From positions 1 to 47,491 of IMG/VR virus record IMGVR_UViG_3300037467_000655: DNA of 47,491 bases. One strand, 5' to 3'. A model generated the notes under the pieces. That model searched no databases. It was not told where the DNA came from and saw only the letters and a list, made by a program, of their open reading frames with translations. This document shows positions 16,289 to 25,874 of the stretch, in pieces. The position numbers and the translations under genes are program-made. Each line of letters starts with the position of its first letter. The first letter of the stretch is position 1. The DNA is from a virus.

Positions 16289-18508
16289 ATGGCTGGCAAT
16301 TCAATAACTGTCGATTTCAATGCCAATGTGGCCCGGTTCACATCTGGCATAGACAAGGTAACTAATGACCTGTCTAAATTCCAGTCCAATGCAGACCGCG
16401 TCAGCAAGAACATAAATAATGTTCTAGGCAACATTGGCGTAGGCCTGTCTGCCGCTGGCGTTGTCGCGTTCGGCAAGTCTGTTATTGACGGGCTGGATAA
16501 GCTCAATGGGTTGAGCAAAACAACTGGCATTGCGGCAAACCAGCTCGCAGGTCTAGGGTACGCCGCGAAGCAGTCGAACTCCGATCTAGAAAGTGTTGCC
16601 GCGTCTGTGGCAAAGCTGTCGGTAAATATCGGCAAGGACGGAGAAAAATTCCGTGCGCTCGGCATCACGGCCAAAGACCCGATTGAGGCTTTCAAGCAAC
16701 TAGCTGATGTATTCGTTGCTATTAAAGACCCTCAGGAGCGTGCTGCGGTAGCATCTGCCGCTTTGGGTAAATCCTGGCAGGAAGCTGCGCCACTGTTAGC
16801 TGAGGGTGGCGCTGCGATTGGTCGCATGGTAGGGGAGGGGGAGAAAGCCTCTGGCGTTACCCAGGAGATGACAGAGGCTGCAAACAGGTTTAATGGTCAG
16901 TTAGACGCGATGAAGGCCAAGTTTGCTGGAGTTTCTGTCAGCATCGTTGGCGACTTTTTGCCTGCCATGAATGGAGTGCTGGATAAACTCCGCATCGCGT
17001 CTCAGTCTGGCGGAGTGTTCGGTTTCTTCACCGCATCAAACGAAGAAGAGGCCAACGCACAGAAAACAATCGATGGGCTCAAGCAAAAAGTACAGTCGCT
17101 CCAAAAACTGCGCGAGGAACTGACAGCGCCAACACTCGCGAACAAGTTTAACAATAGTTTGCTGGGCAGCCTTCTTTCTGGCGGTGTGTCAGACGTTAAG
17201 ACGCTCGACAATCAGATTTTTGCAATACAGAAGAAAATCAGCTACTTGCAAGGACTTGTTAAGTCTGCGAATGAAGTAACAGAAGGGGCGAAGCCGGTTA
17301 AAGCGCCAAGCGCAAAGGCGATCCAAGATTTTCTTGGTAATACATCTGAAGCTGACAAGGCAGCAAAAGCCCTAGCAGAGAGACAGAAGAATTTTATCGA
17401 GTCGTTGCAAAAGGAAGCGGCGACTCTAGGCATGACCTCTGCTGAGCTTAAGGTCTATGAGGCCCAGCTTCTGAAAATTAGCGGTGCTAAGTTGGAAGGC
17501 GTCCGTGCTGATGCTCAGCGCATCGAGACATTCAAGTTTGAACAAGATGCGGCTGAGAAATCACGCGATGCTTACGCAGAAGCCGCTGACTCATACCTGA
17601 AATTCATCAATGCGACGGCTTCCGATAACAAGGCTGCGGCTGACAAGCTGGACAGGCTCAAGGTAGAGCTTGGATTGCTCGACAAAACTGAGGCCGAGAG
17701 AAAATCTCTGCTCGCGTCGTATGACCTTGAAATTAAATTCAAGGAACGCCTGAAGGAACTTGATGGGCTGGACACTGGAGAAGCGGTGCGCCAGATTCAG
17801 ATTGCCAATCTCGAAAAGGAAAAGGCCGCTCAAGCTGAAGTGATCCGCTTCGAGGAACAGCTTGATATGCAAAAGCAGAAAGCCGCAGAGATGCAAAAGG
17901 TGTGGGATAACTTCGGCTTCAACATTCAGCGCAACCTTGGCGATCAGCTCTTTAACATACTGGACGGCAATTTCAAGAACATCGGGACAGCCTGGAAATC
18001 CATGCTGCTTCGTATGGTTTCAGATGCTGCGGCGGCGCAAGTCTCTAAGGCATTGTTCAGCACTGACATGCTGAAGTCTGGCTTGTCTATTCTTGGTTCT
18101 ATATTTGGGAGCTTTAGCGGAGCGTCAGGGGCTGGGTCGCAGCTGCGGGTAACTGCCCCAGGTTCAATCGGATATGCAGCTAACGGAGCTTTCTTCGATG
18201 GCAACGTTGCCAAGTTCGCTCTAGGTGGCATCGTGAATACCCCTACGGCGTTCCAGTTTGCCTCTGGTGGCGCGTTTCATAAAGGGTTGATGGGTGAGGC
18301 TGGGCCTGAGGCTATCATGCCTCTAAAGCGCGATTCTCAGGGGAGGTTAGGCGTGTCAGGGGGGCGTGGCGTGTCCGTCAATTACGCTCCGGTTATTCAG
18401 ATTGACTCCCGCACGGACAGAGCAGAAGTGCACGCCATCGTCTCCAGAGCAGTGAAGCAAGGTAACGCCGATCTCGTCGATAAGCTGCAACGGCAGGGCG
18501 CTATCTGA
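16289..18508 (+). CDS. Tape measure protein
   Basis: 739 aa. It has long coiled-coil regions, Gly-rich hydrophobic segments, and the expected position after G/GT. Confidence 0.9.
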   Translation: MAGNSITVDFNANVARFTSGIDKVTNDLSKFQSNADRVSKNINNVLGNIGVGLSAAGVVAFGKSVIDGLDKLNGLSKTTGIAANQLAGLGYAAKQSNSDLESVAASVAKLSVNIGKDGEKFRALGITAKDPIEAFKQLADVFVAIKDPQERAAVASAALGKSWQEAAPLLAEGGAAIGRMVGEGEKASGVTQEMTEAANRFNGQLDAMKAKFAGVSVSIVGDFLPAMNGVLDKLRIASQSGGVFGFFTASNEEEANAQKTIDGLKQKVQSLQKLREELTAPTLANKFNNSLLGSLLSGGVSDVKTLDNQIFAIQKKISYLQGLVKSANEVTEGAKPVKAPSAKAIQDFLGNTSEADKAAKALAERQKNFIESLQKEAATLGMTSAELKVYEAQLLKISGAKLEGVRADAQRIETFKFEQDAAEKSRDAYAEAADSYLKFINATASDNKAAADKLDRLKVELGLLDKTEAERKSLLASYDLEIKFKERLKELDGLDTGEAVRQIQIANLEKEKAAQAEVIRFEEQLDMQKQKAAEMQKVWDNFGFNIQRNLGDQLFNILDGNFKNIGTAWKSMLLRMVSDAAAAQVSKALFSTDMLKSGLSILGSIFGSFSGASGAGSQLRVTAPGSIGYAANGAFFDGNVAKFALGGIVNTPTAFQFASGGAFHKGLMGEAGPEAIMPLKRDSQGRLGVSGGRGVSVNYAPVIQIDSRTDRAEVHAIVSRAVKQGNADLVDKLQRQGAI

Positions 18509-19119
18509 TGGCTGTTATTACGTGGTCATCAAGCCTTAGGGTTGCTCGCTGCTCGTGGTCGCAACAACGCAATGATGTTGAGTTTCGCTCTATGTTCGGG
18601 GCTCAGGCTGTCGAGGTATCTGCTCCGGTATGGGTTGTAACTCTTGAAGCAACGCCGGGGCTTGAGGCTTCTGGAGGCGAGTGGAAGGTGTTAGGACTCA
18701 AACTACGCGGCAAGACAAACCAGCTTGCTCTGTGGGACTTAGCGCGGCCTATCCCTTTAGGCACGATGCGCGGCACTATGACGCTCAACAGCGACGCGGC
18801 ACAGGGAGCGACTACATTATCTATCGTTGCAAGCGGTCAAGCGTCTAAAACGCTGCTGATGGGCGACCATCTAGGAATAGGGACATTGACGACTCAACAG
18901 GTAGTCATGGTAACGGCTGACGCAACCGGCAACGGCTCAGGCGTTATCTCCGTTACTGTCGAGCCTCCTTTGCGTAATGCGTTCTCTGCTGGCGAGTCCG
19001 TGACATGGGATAAGCCGAAAGCCCTGTTCCGTCGCGTTGATTCGAAATTCGGCTGGCAGAATTATGGCGCAGTGGTTGAGGGGTTCAGTCTCGATCTCAT
19101 TGAGGACTGGAGGCCGTGA
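18508..19119 (+). CDS. Minor tail protein (distal tail/tip component)
   Basis: 203 aa, in the first position after the tape measure (ATGA overlap). Confidence 0.55.
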   Translation: MAVITWSSSLRVARCSWSQQRNDVEFRSMFGAQAVEVSAPVWVVTLEATPGLEASGGEWKVLGLKLRGKTNQLALWDLARPIPLGTMRGTMTLNSDAAQGATTLSIVASGQASKTLLMGDHLGIGTLTTQQVVMVTADATGNGSGVISVTVEPPLRNAFSAGESVTWDKPKALFRRVDSKFGWQNYGAVVEGFSLDLIEDWRP

Positions 19120-19700
19120 CAATCCTCTCAGGCACGCAACAGACGGAACTGGAAAAACCAGTCACGCGCACAGTCTACTTCGTTGAACTGAACTTCCTGA
19201 ACGCAACGGTCTATATTTGTTCAGCCAATCAAACGCTAACCTGGGGCGGGCATGACTGGATCGGGCTAGGAAGCATTGGCGCGATTAGCCCTATCGAGGA
19301 ATCGGAAGGAACTGAGTCGAAGTCACTGACCTTTACGCTGAATGTCGCCCAAGCCTCTTACCTGTCGCTGGCTGTTGGTAACGTGGAAGAGTATAGGGGG
19401 CGAACAGCTAAGCTGTACTTTTGCCCACTAGACGAGTCATTCCAACTCGTTGGCACTCCTCAACGGTGCTGGCGCGGGATCATGGATTTGATGGCGATTG
19501 GCATAGAGGGCGAAGAGGGCAAGATAACGCTTAAGTGCGAGACGAGCGCATACGGATTGAAGAGACAGCCGGGATTAAGGCTTAACGCTGCGCAGCACAA
19601 AGAGCGCCATCCTGGGGACACAGGACTAGATTACCTGAACGATCTAATTGCTAACCCTCAAGTGTGGATGTCCGCGAAGCTGCAAAGAGCGTTGAATTAG
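19116..19700 (+). CDS. Minor tail protein (tip/hub component, DUF2163-like)
   Basis: 194 aa. 'VYFVELNFLNATVYICSANQTLTWGGHDWIGLGSIG' resembles the BR0599/DUF2163 pattern (weak). Confidence 0.5.
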   Translation: MTILSGTQQTELEKPVTRTVYFVELNFLNATVYICSANQTLTWGGHDWIGLGSIGAISPIEESEGTESKSLTFTLNVAQASYLSLAVGNVEEYRGRTAKLYFCPLDESFQLVGTPQRCWRGIMDLMAIGIEGEEGKITLKCETSAYGLKRQPGLRLNAAQHKERHPGDTGLDYLNDLIANPQVWMSAKLQRALN

Positions 19701-19725
19701 GTGTCGTTAACATCTCCATTTCACC

Positions 19726-19754
19726 GTAGCCAAGGCTGACAGGAAGAATATAAT
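19726..19754 (+). promoter_or_regulatory. Candidate moron promoter
   Basis: A perfect TATAAT at 19749-19754 with a poor -35 (GTAGCC). It lies in the only non-coding gap of the tail operon, 30 nt upstream of a GGAGGA SD. Confidence 0.35.
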
Positions 19755-19783
19755 CCGCCTCATACTGTTCCATTGGAGGAAAT

Positions 19784-20089
19784 ATGAGACTGATTGCGTT
19801 ACTTTTGGCCGCGGGGTTGGGGGGGTGCGCACATACACCTTGGGGATACAATTTCTCAAGGAATGGAGAAATACCCGAAAGCTACAGGGCAGACAAAGCC
19901 GAGTGCCACGATCAGGCGTGGTCAGATGCTGGGAAAGAGGTAAGCACCCCCCTGAATGATGTCTTTATACATCTGTTCGACAAAGGCATTGTCAAGTGTA
20001 TGGAAGACAAAGGTTATAAAAGAGTAAATGACGTTTCAAGAATATATCGCATCGCATCTAACGAAGCAGTTCAAGTGGGGCGAGAATGA
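19784..20089 (+). CDS. Lipoprotein (moron; possible exclusion or conversion factor)
   Basis: 101 aa. The signal peptide has lipobox 'LLAAGLGG-C'. A strong GGAGGA SD precedes it. The 3' end overlaps the next gene by 62 nt. Confidence 0.7.
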   Translation: MRLIALLLAAGLGGCAHTPWGYNFSRNGEIPESYRADKAECHDQAWSDAGKEVSTPLNDVFIHLFDKGIVKCMEDKGYKRVNDVSRIYRIASNEAVQVGRE

Positions 20090-20387
20090 TTGCTGTACTT
20101 TCTGTGTCGGATGGGTTCAGATAAAGACAGGGCGGGATTACTTAACGGCGCATAGGCCGTGGCGAACAGCTAGACAAGCAGCAAAAAAACTAAGAGACCT
20201 CGGCGGTCTCTTTTTTTTGCTCGAAGAAAACCTCACCAGCATTCATCCAAATATGGCGCAAGACGGAGACTTGGCGATTGTGGATGGCGTGCTTTGCCTA
20301 TTTACTGGGCGGCATGTAGTCGCTGTAGGGATGAACGGACTCGAATACGCGGATAGAACGAGAGCACAATGCGCTTGGCGCTGTTAG
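20028..20387 (+). CDS. Tail-tip associated protein (gpK-position, 'WGENDCC' family)
   Basis: 119 aa. 'FKWGENDCCTFCVGWV...TGRDY...GGL...QDGDLAIV...AWR' matches a small conserved phage family that I recall upstream of J-like genes. Confidence 0.5.
   Translation: MTFQEYIASHLTKQFKWGENDCCTFCVGWVQIKTGRDYLTAHRPWRTARQAAKKLRDLGGLFFLLEENLTSIHPNMAQDGDLAIVDGVLCLFTGRHVVAVGMNGLEYADRTRAQCAWRC
20183..20218 (+). terminator. Strong intrinsic-terminator-like hairpin inside the CDS at 20028..20387
   Basis: An A7 run, then stem AAGAGACC/GGTCTCTT (8 bp) with loop TCGGC, followed by T8. It is translated as KKLRDLGGLFFLL. Confidence 0.55.
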
Positions 20388-23300
20388 TTTTTCTGCTGTT
20401 GCCGTGGCCGGTTCACGCGATGCCTCCAGCATTCTTTGTTGCAATAGGGTTCTCGGTGGCAGCGGCAGAGATGGCATCTATTGCCGTCACCATCGCCTCT
20501 ATCGCCCTAACGATTGGCACTACCGTATATGGGGCTGTAGCGCAGAAAGCGGCGGCCAAGAAAGCCAAGCGCAAAGCAGCACAGGCAAGACAGGACTTCC
20601 TTAACTCGCTGCAAGACCGCACGATCACCCGCATCGTTACAGACGCGCCTATACGGTACGTTTACGGTCGTGCGCGTGTTGGATCGGATATTGTTGGGCT
20701 TCTTTCAAGTGGGGATATCGACCAGTACCGGCACTTGGTATGCGTCCACGCCGGACACGAGTGCGACGGCATTGAAGAGATTTACATTGATGGCAAGGCT
20801 CTAGGGCCACTCGACGCCGATGGGTACGTCACGACAGGTGATTATTTCGCGGCGTCAACGACAGAGAACATAACCGAGACTTTTAGCACCTCGCCGTTCA
20901 CGCTACAGCACACGCCATCGAGCGCGGTCAAGGTCATTGCTTATAGCGCCAGCTCGTCGACCGTCTACTCGTTCGGCAGGAAGAGTGCTGAGGTTGCGTA
21001 CACACGCTCCGGCAACACGATAACCGTAACCGGGACTACATCCTTCGCGGTTTCCTACTACAGCGTTACCTATCAGTACTCAGTCGGGAACGCTCAGGTA
21101 AGGGTCAAGATTCACTTGGGCGAGCCGGGTCAGACTGCTGATGCTTCTTTGCTCGCCGAGTGTCCAGACAAATGGGCCTCGACAGCCACGTTAACCGGGC
21201 TGTGCTATACGGTAATTCGCCTTGATCTGAGGCAGGAAAAGTTCCAAGGCGGGATACCTGAGATACAGGTATTGCTCCGTGGCAAGAAACTATACGACTT
21301 GCGCGACGGGACGACGGCATGGAGTCAAAACCCGGCGCTGGCGATTTACGATTACCTCACGTCAGAGATGTGCGGAGTCGATGCTTCGGACATTCCCGCT
21401 GCTCACGTTATCACTGCCGCTAATGTCTGCGATGAGCCGCAATCGTTCGGGCCGCTGTACACCTGCAACGGCACGGTTACGGCTGACCAGGATCAGGCCA
21501 ATGTTCTTGATGCTATGGCTGATTCAATGGCGGGCGGGATCGTTTCTACCACATGGGAGATGTTCGCCGGTAAGTACGTCGCGCCTATTGCCTCACTAAG
21601 CCAGTCAGACATAGTGGGGGCGCTTGCGGTTACTCCTGGCATATCCGACGCGGACATTATCAACGGAGTACGCGGGCAGAACATCACGGCTGAGAACCTG
21701 TACGTCGCCACCGATTACGAGCCATACCAGAACGTCACGTACCGGGAGGCAGACGGAAGGGACAAATACGCTCCAGTAGATTATCCCTTTACTGACACGA
21801 AGCAGCGCGTACACAACCTCGCCAGGATCATGGTTGAGGATATGCGCAACGGCTTCACGGTCAAGGCTGAGTTTAGCCTCAAGGCATGGGATTTAAGGGT
21901 AGGGGATAGGCTTACCTTTACCAGTGCTTTTTTAGGGCAGACCGATAAGGTCTACCGGATTACCGATAAGAAGTACGCTCCTGATTCGTCCGTCGAACTG
22001 ACGATGAAGGAGGACGCGGCAAGCATTTGGGATTTGGCTGATACCGTCACTCTTGACGATACGCCTAATACCGATCTGCCTGATCCGTTCGTTGTCGAGA
22101 AACTTGGGTATGTGACCTGCAATTCCGGTACTGCACAACTACTCATGCAGGGTGACGGAACTATCGTTTCCCGCATTCTGGTTACTTGGGGCGCTGCCAC
22201 TGGAGAAGCTGCATTTTCCGGCCTTGTCGAGATCGAGTGGAAAAAAGACTCAGATTCGGTCTGGAGAAAGACAACCGCAACCGGCAGCGACACAGGAGTC
22301 TATCTCTTTCCCGTCGAGGATAAGTCCTGGTATGTAGTCCGCGCAAGGGCTGTTAATCCCTATCTCAACATCAAATCCGACTGGACGTACGCTACGCTCC
22401 ATCAGGTAATCGGGAAGAGCGAGCCGCCATCTGACATATCCGGTCTAGCGATAGATGGGGCTGTACTGTCATGGGATGCAGTAACAGATATAGACCTTGC
22501 GGGCTACGTATTCAAGTTTCACTACGGCTCAAACGTCGATTGGGGAACCGCTAATGCACTGCATAACGGGCTAGTAACGGGCTCTCCGTTTGACCTCGTT
22601 AACCTGCCTTACGCCTCTGTAACAATCATGGGCAAGGCGGTTGACACGAGCGGCAATGAGTCGGTCAACGCAGCAACTATCCTGACCAATCTCGGCGATG
22701 CGCCGGTTGCTAATGTAGTCGAGACGCACAGCTTTCACCCGACATTCGCTGGGACTCTGGACAGTTGTTCTGTATCTGGCGGACAGCTTGTTGCGGGCGC
22801 TGCTGATACGTTCTTCGGAGATGATTCGCAGTCCCTTTACGGGGCCACGTCCTCTGATTCGTTCTACAAGCCCGCTGCCGGTTATAGGCAGATGGTCTAT
22901 ACGACCGATGTCATGACGGTTTCCTCGGCCCTGACCGGCTCGAAGATTACTATCGACATCGACACGCAAGGCACGGACGTAAAGATCGAGTATGCAGTGT
23001 CCGGCGAAGGATCGTTCTATGGCGCTGATTCTGAGCCGTTTTACGGAGATGACGGGTACGGGTTCTATGTCCCTGGGCCAAGCGCTTTCGACGCAATCAC
23101 AGCGACGTCATTTGATGCAAACAATCCTGACTCGTTTGCTGTGGCTGCTGACTCTGGATTCAATCCGGCAAATCCTGACTCATTCCTTGCTGTTGACCGT
23201 TCTGCATTCACCGGGACTTCCTTCGGGTCGTTCTTCGGCTCGTACAGCACGGCATGGTTGCATTGGCCTGGGCAAGTCACTGCGAAGAATGCTGATTACC

Positions 23301-23614
23301 AGTTCAGGGTGACGATAGGATCAGGCGCGACTCAGGGCATGATCAGCAGATTCACGGTAACGATAGATGCTCCTGATATGGTTGAAAGTATTGCTGATCT
23401 AGAGATCAGCGCATCTGGAACGGCGATCCCCTACACAAAGCAATTCTCTGCAATCAAGTTCATAACGTTTGGCGCTCTTCAGCCTGGATTCAGTGGCGCT
23501 CAGAGGCTGACCGTTAATAAAACAAATCCACTTGTTCCTGTTGTGACCGCCGTGAATGGTTCGGGCACGGCTGTTTCGGGGGCGAAAGTAGATATTTACA
23601 TGGGCGGCTATTAA
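20369..23614 (+). CDS. Host-specificity / central tail fibre protein (lambda gpJ-like)
   Basis: 1081 aa. 'WSQNPALAIYDYLTSEMCGVDASDI...AANVCDE' parallels the lambda J segment 'NNMAWCLWDMLTHPRYG...'. An FN3-like 'LSWDAVTDIDLAGYVFKFHYG' is present. The N-terminus is hydrophobic, then Lys/Ala-rich. Confidence 0.85.
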   Translation: MRLALLVFLLLPWPVHAMPPAFFVAIGFSVAAAEMASIAVTIASIALTIGTTVYGAVAQKAAAKKAKRKAAQARQDFLNSLQDRTITRIVTDAPIRYVYGRARVGSDIVGLLSSGDIDQYRHLVCVHAGHECDGIEEIYIDGKALGPLDADGYVTTGDYFAASTTENITETFSTSPFTLQHTPSSAVKVIAYSASSSTVYSFGRKSAEVAYTRSGNTITVTGTTSFAVSYYSVTYQYSVGNAQVRVKIHLGEPGQTADASLLAECPDKWASTATLTGLCYTVIRLDLRQEKFQGGIPEIQVLLRGKKLYDLRDGTTAWSQNPALAIYDYLTSEMCGVDASDIPAAHVITAANVCDEPQSFGPLYTCNGTVTADQDQANVLDAMADSMAGGIVSTTWEMFAGKYVAPIASLSQSDIVGALAVTPGISDADIINGVRGQNITAENLYVATDYEPYQNVTYREADGRDKYAPVDYPFTDTKQRVHNLARIMVEDMRNGFTVKAEFSLKAWDLRVGDRLTFTSAFLGQTDKVYRITDKKYAPDSSVELTMKEDAASIWDLADTVTLDDTPNTDLPDPFVVEKLGYVTCNSGTAQLLMQGDGTIVSRILVTWGAATGEAAFSGLVEIEWKKDSDSVWRKTTATGSDTGVYLFPVEDKSWYVVRARAVNPYLNIKSDWTYATLHQVIGKSEPPSDISGLAIDGAVLSWDAVTDIDLAGYVFKFHYGSNVDWGTANALHNGLVTGSPFDLVNLPYASVTIMGKAVDTSGNESVNAATILTNLGDAPVANVVETHSFHPTFAGTLDSCSVSGGQLVAGAADTFFGDDSQSLYGATSSDSFYKPAAGYRQMVYTTDVMTVSSALTGSKITIDIDTQGTDVKIEYAVSGEGSFYGADSEPFYGDDGYGFYVPGPSAFDAITATSFDANNPDSFAVAADSGFNPANPDSFLAVDRSAFTGTSFGSFFGSYSTAWLHWPGQVTAKNADYQFRVTIGSGATQGMISRFTVTIDAPDMVESIADLEISASGTAIPYTKQFSAIKFITFGALQPGFSGAQRLTVNKTNPLVPVVTAVNGSGTAVSGAKVDIYMGGY

Positions 23615-24247
23615 ATGGCATGGAATGACCTAGCAACGGTTGTCAAGCGCGTCACAAAAGGTTCAGCTCTAACCTTCCCTGAGTACGACGCGAATATTGA
23701 TAACCTCAACGCAAAACAGGCAACCAAAGCTCCGTATGAGCTGAGCGGCAGCAACATCATCGGGTTTACCGGGGCATCAGGGTTTGTCTACCCTGTGATT
23801 TTTAGGCCCATAGAGATTCTGTCTGGATCGGCTGTAGCGTCTTCCTGCTCGTCTACCGGCGCAGATGAGCTTCTCGCGGTGTTCACCATCTATACCGGTA
23901 CGCTAGGGGTCAACAGCACTCTGCAAATAGAGCCATTATGGACATTCACGAGCAGCGTGAATAACAAAATCCTGAAGGTTAAGATAGGCGCATCGACGGT
24001 ATATAGCGCAACCCGCACGACCTCAGCTAAAGAAGCGCCGTTGATCGTTCTGGCGAACCGCAATTCCTTATCATCGCAAATCCAGCCCTACGACAACACC
24101 TACATCACGGCAGGATCAGGTGCGCCAGCGACGTACACAATAGATTTCTCGGGGCCGGTGCTTGTGCAAATTACGGGGCAGCGAGCTAATTCTGGAGACT
24201 CCTTGACCCTTGAATATTTTCGCTGTTTACATTTTGTAGGTGACTAA
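23615..24247 (+). CDS. Tail fibre/adaptor-like hypothetical protein
   Basis: 210 aa, coupled between the J-like protein and the tailspike. Confidence 0.4.
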   Translation: MAWNDLATVVKRVTKGSALTFPEYDANIDNLNAKQATKAPYELSGSNIIGFTGASGFVYPVIFRPIEILSGSAVASSCSSTGADELLAVFTIYTGTLGVNSTLQIEPLWTFTSSVNNKILKVKIGASTVYSATRTTSAKEAPLIVLANRNSLSSQIQPYDNTYITAGSGAPATYTIDFSGPVLVQITGQRANSGDSLTLEYFRCLHFVGD

Positions 24248-25824
24248 TGGCTATCTGGTACGTTAGACCAAACACGTCACACAGCGGCACGCGCAACGGC
24301 ACGTCCTACGCAACCGCTTGGGGTGGGTGGTCTGAGATCGTATGGGGCGTCTCTGGCGTCAATGCGGGGGATACACTCTACCTCTGCGGGGCTCATGCGT
24401 ATACGGCCTCTATCGCGCTTGGGGCGCATGGCGCAACCTCAGATTCAAACAGGGTAACGATTCGTGGCGACTACGCAACATCTCCAGGAAGTATAGCGTT
24501 CAGCACGGCTGGCTGGTTTGACTTTGGGCGGAAATACACAACGCTCAAATCGGTGACGATTACCAGCACATCCAGCGGATTCAACTGTATTTACATATCA
24601 GGCTCTGCAACTGCTGGCGTGGTTATTGATGGATGCACATTGACCGGCGCAGATAATGGGGTAGTCCTAGCTGGTTCAACCGCCTTCACTTCGCTGACCA
24701 TCAAGAACTGCAATATCAGCGGGCAGACAAACTCTGCGATAAACCAGACCAGCGCGACCGCATCGCTGACTTCCTCGGGGATCGTCATAACCGGCAACAC
24801 GATCCACGATACGAGCCTGTACGGCATCTACATGGTGATCAACTCGCCAGCATGGGATACATCGTATTTCAATGACTATTACATAGCCAATAATACGATT
24901 TACAACCTGCCAGGCGGGCCAATGCACTTGCGAGTTTGCAATTCAGACACAACTACGGCTCCTGTTAACTACTCGTCGGGCCTGGTCATATCCGGCAATA
25001 CGATTTACAACTGCGGCACTGTCGCTGGGGCGAGCGGAACTCATGGCACGCCAAACATCGAGGGCTTTATAGGCGCTGTGATAGTGAATAACACCGTGCG
25101 TGATTGCTACGCTGAAGGTGCTGGACTTCAAACATGGAAGAACAAGAACCCGCTAATCGCGTTTAACACGATCCTGCGCATACGCTCAGCCACGCGTACC
25201 GATGGATTTCAGAACGGACTGCCCATCGACGGCAACGGGATATTCTTTGACGTGCTGACTGTCGGCGGGCTTGCCTACGGCAACTATATATCCGATCTGA
25301 TCAGCACCGGAAACACCAATTCTGGAACAGCGCTTTCCTTCTGGAACTGTACCGGATCACGTTTCATTGGCAATGTCGTCGAGAATTGCTACGTAGGCGC
25401 GTCCTACGGCCACACAAACGAGACCGGCAACGAGATATACAACAACACATTTATTAATTGCACAAAAGGCGTGGACAAAGTAGGGACTCTAACGCTGACC
25501 GGCAATTTAACCGTCAAGAACAACATTTTCAGCGGCTGCACAAACGGCTTTACCATCGGCGCGAATCCCGGCATCACAGCCGATTACAACTGCATACACG
25601 GCGCGACAACTGCTTATACAGGCATATCAGCCGGGGCTAATGACTTAGCCGTAAACCCTCTGCTTGACACTAAATACAGAACGCAGTCTCCAACGCTGAA
25701 GCGATCCGGTACAGCCATAACCGGAAAGGATTTCTACGGCAAGGTTTTTTATAGCACGCCAACAATCGGCGCGGTGGAAGATCACAGAACGCCAGCATGG
25801 GCCGCAGTGGGCCAAGTCACTTAA
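24247..25824 (+). CDS. Right-handed beta-helix tailspike (putative polysaccharide depolymerase)
   Basis: 525 aa. It has repeated PbH1-like motifs: 'IKNCNISGQ', 'ITGNTIHD', 'IANNTIYN', 'ISGNTIYNCG', 'VNNTVRDC', 'IGNVVENC', 'IYNNTFINC', 'VKNNIFSGC'. Confidence 0.75.
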   Translation: MAIWYVRPNTSHSGTRNGTSYATAWGGWSEIVWGVSGVNAGDTLYLCGAHAYTASIALGAHGATSDSNRVTIRGDYATSPGSIAFSTAGWFDFGRKYTTLKSVTITSTSSGFNCIYISGSATAGVVIDGCTLTGADNGVVLAGSTAFTSLTIKNCNISGQTNSAINQTSATASLTSSGIVITGNTIHDTSLYGIYMVINSPAWDTSYFNDYYIANNTIYNLPGGPMHLRVCNSDTTTAPVNYSSGLVISGNTIYNCGTVAGASGTHGTPNIEGFIGAVIVNNTVRDCYAEGAGLQTWKNKNPLIAFNTILRIRSATRTDGFQNGLPIDGNGIFFDVLTVGGLAYGNYISDLISTGNTNSGTALSFWNCTGSRFIGNVVENCYVGASYGHTNETGNEIYNNTFINCTKGVDKVGTLTLTGNLTVKNNIFSGCTNGFTIGANPGITADYNCIHGATTAYTGISAGANDLAVNPLLDTKYRTQSPTLKRSGTAITGKDFYGKVFYSTPTIGAVEDHRTPAWAAVGQVT

Positions 25825-25846
25825 CCAAATCTCATCTCAACAAATA

Positions 25847-25869
25847 AGCCGCCTAGAGCGGCTTTTTTT
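25847..25869 (+). terminator. Intrinsic terminator after the tailspike gene
   Basis: AGCCGC-CTAGA-GCGGCT followed by T7. The hairpin is identical to the one at 7899. Confidence 0.7.
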
Positions 25870-25874
25870 ATGCC

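Noticed and set aside
20183-20218. The intragenic hairpin taken as evidence that ORF 20028..20387 is not a real gene
   Set aside because: The ORF carries a conserved-looking family signature on both sides of the hairpin ('WGENDCC...TGRDY' upstream, 'GDLAIV...AWR' downstream) and has the expected length and position. The hairpin is therefore treated as a regulatory element embedded in coding sequence.
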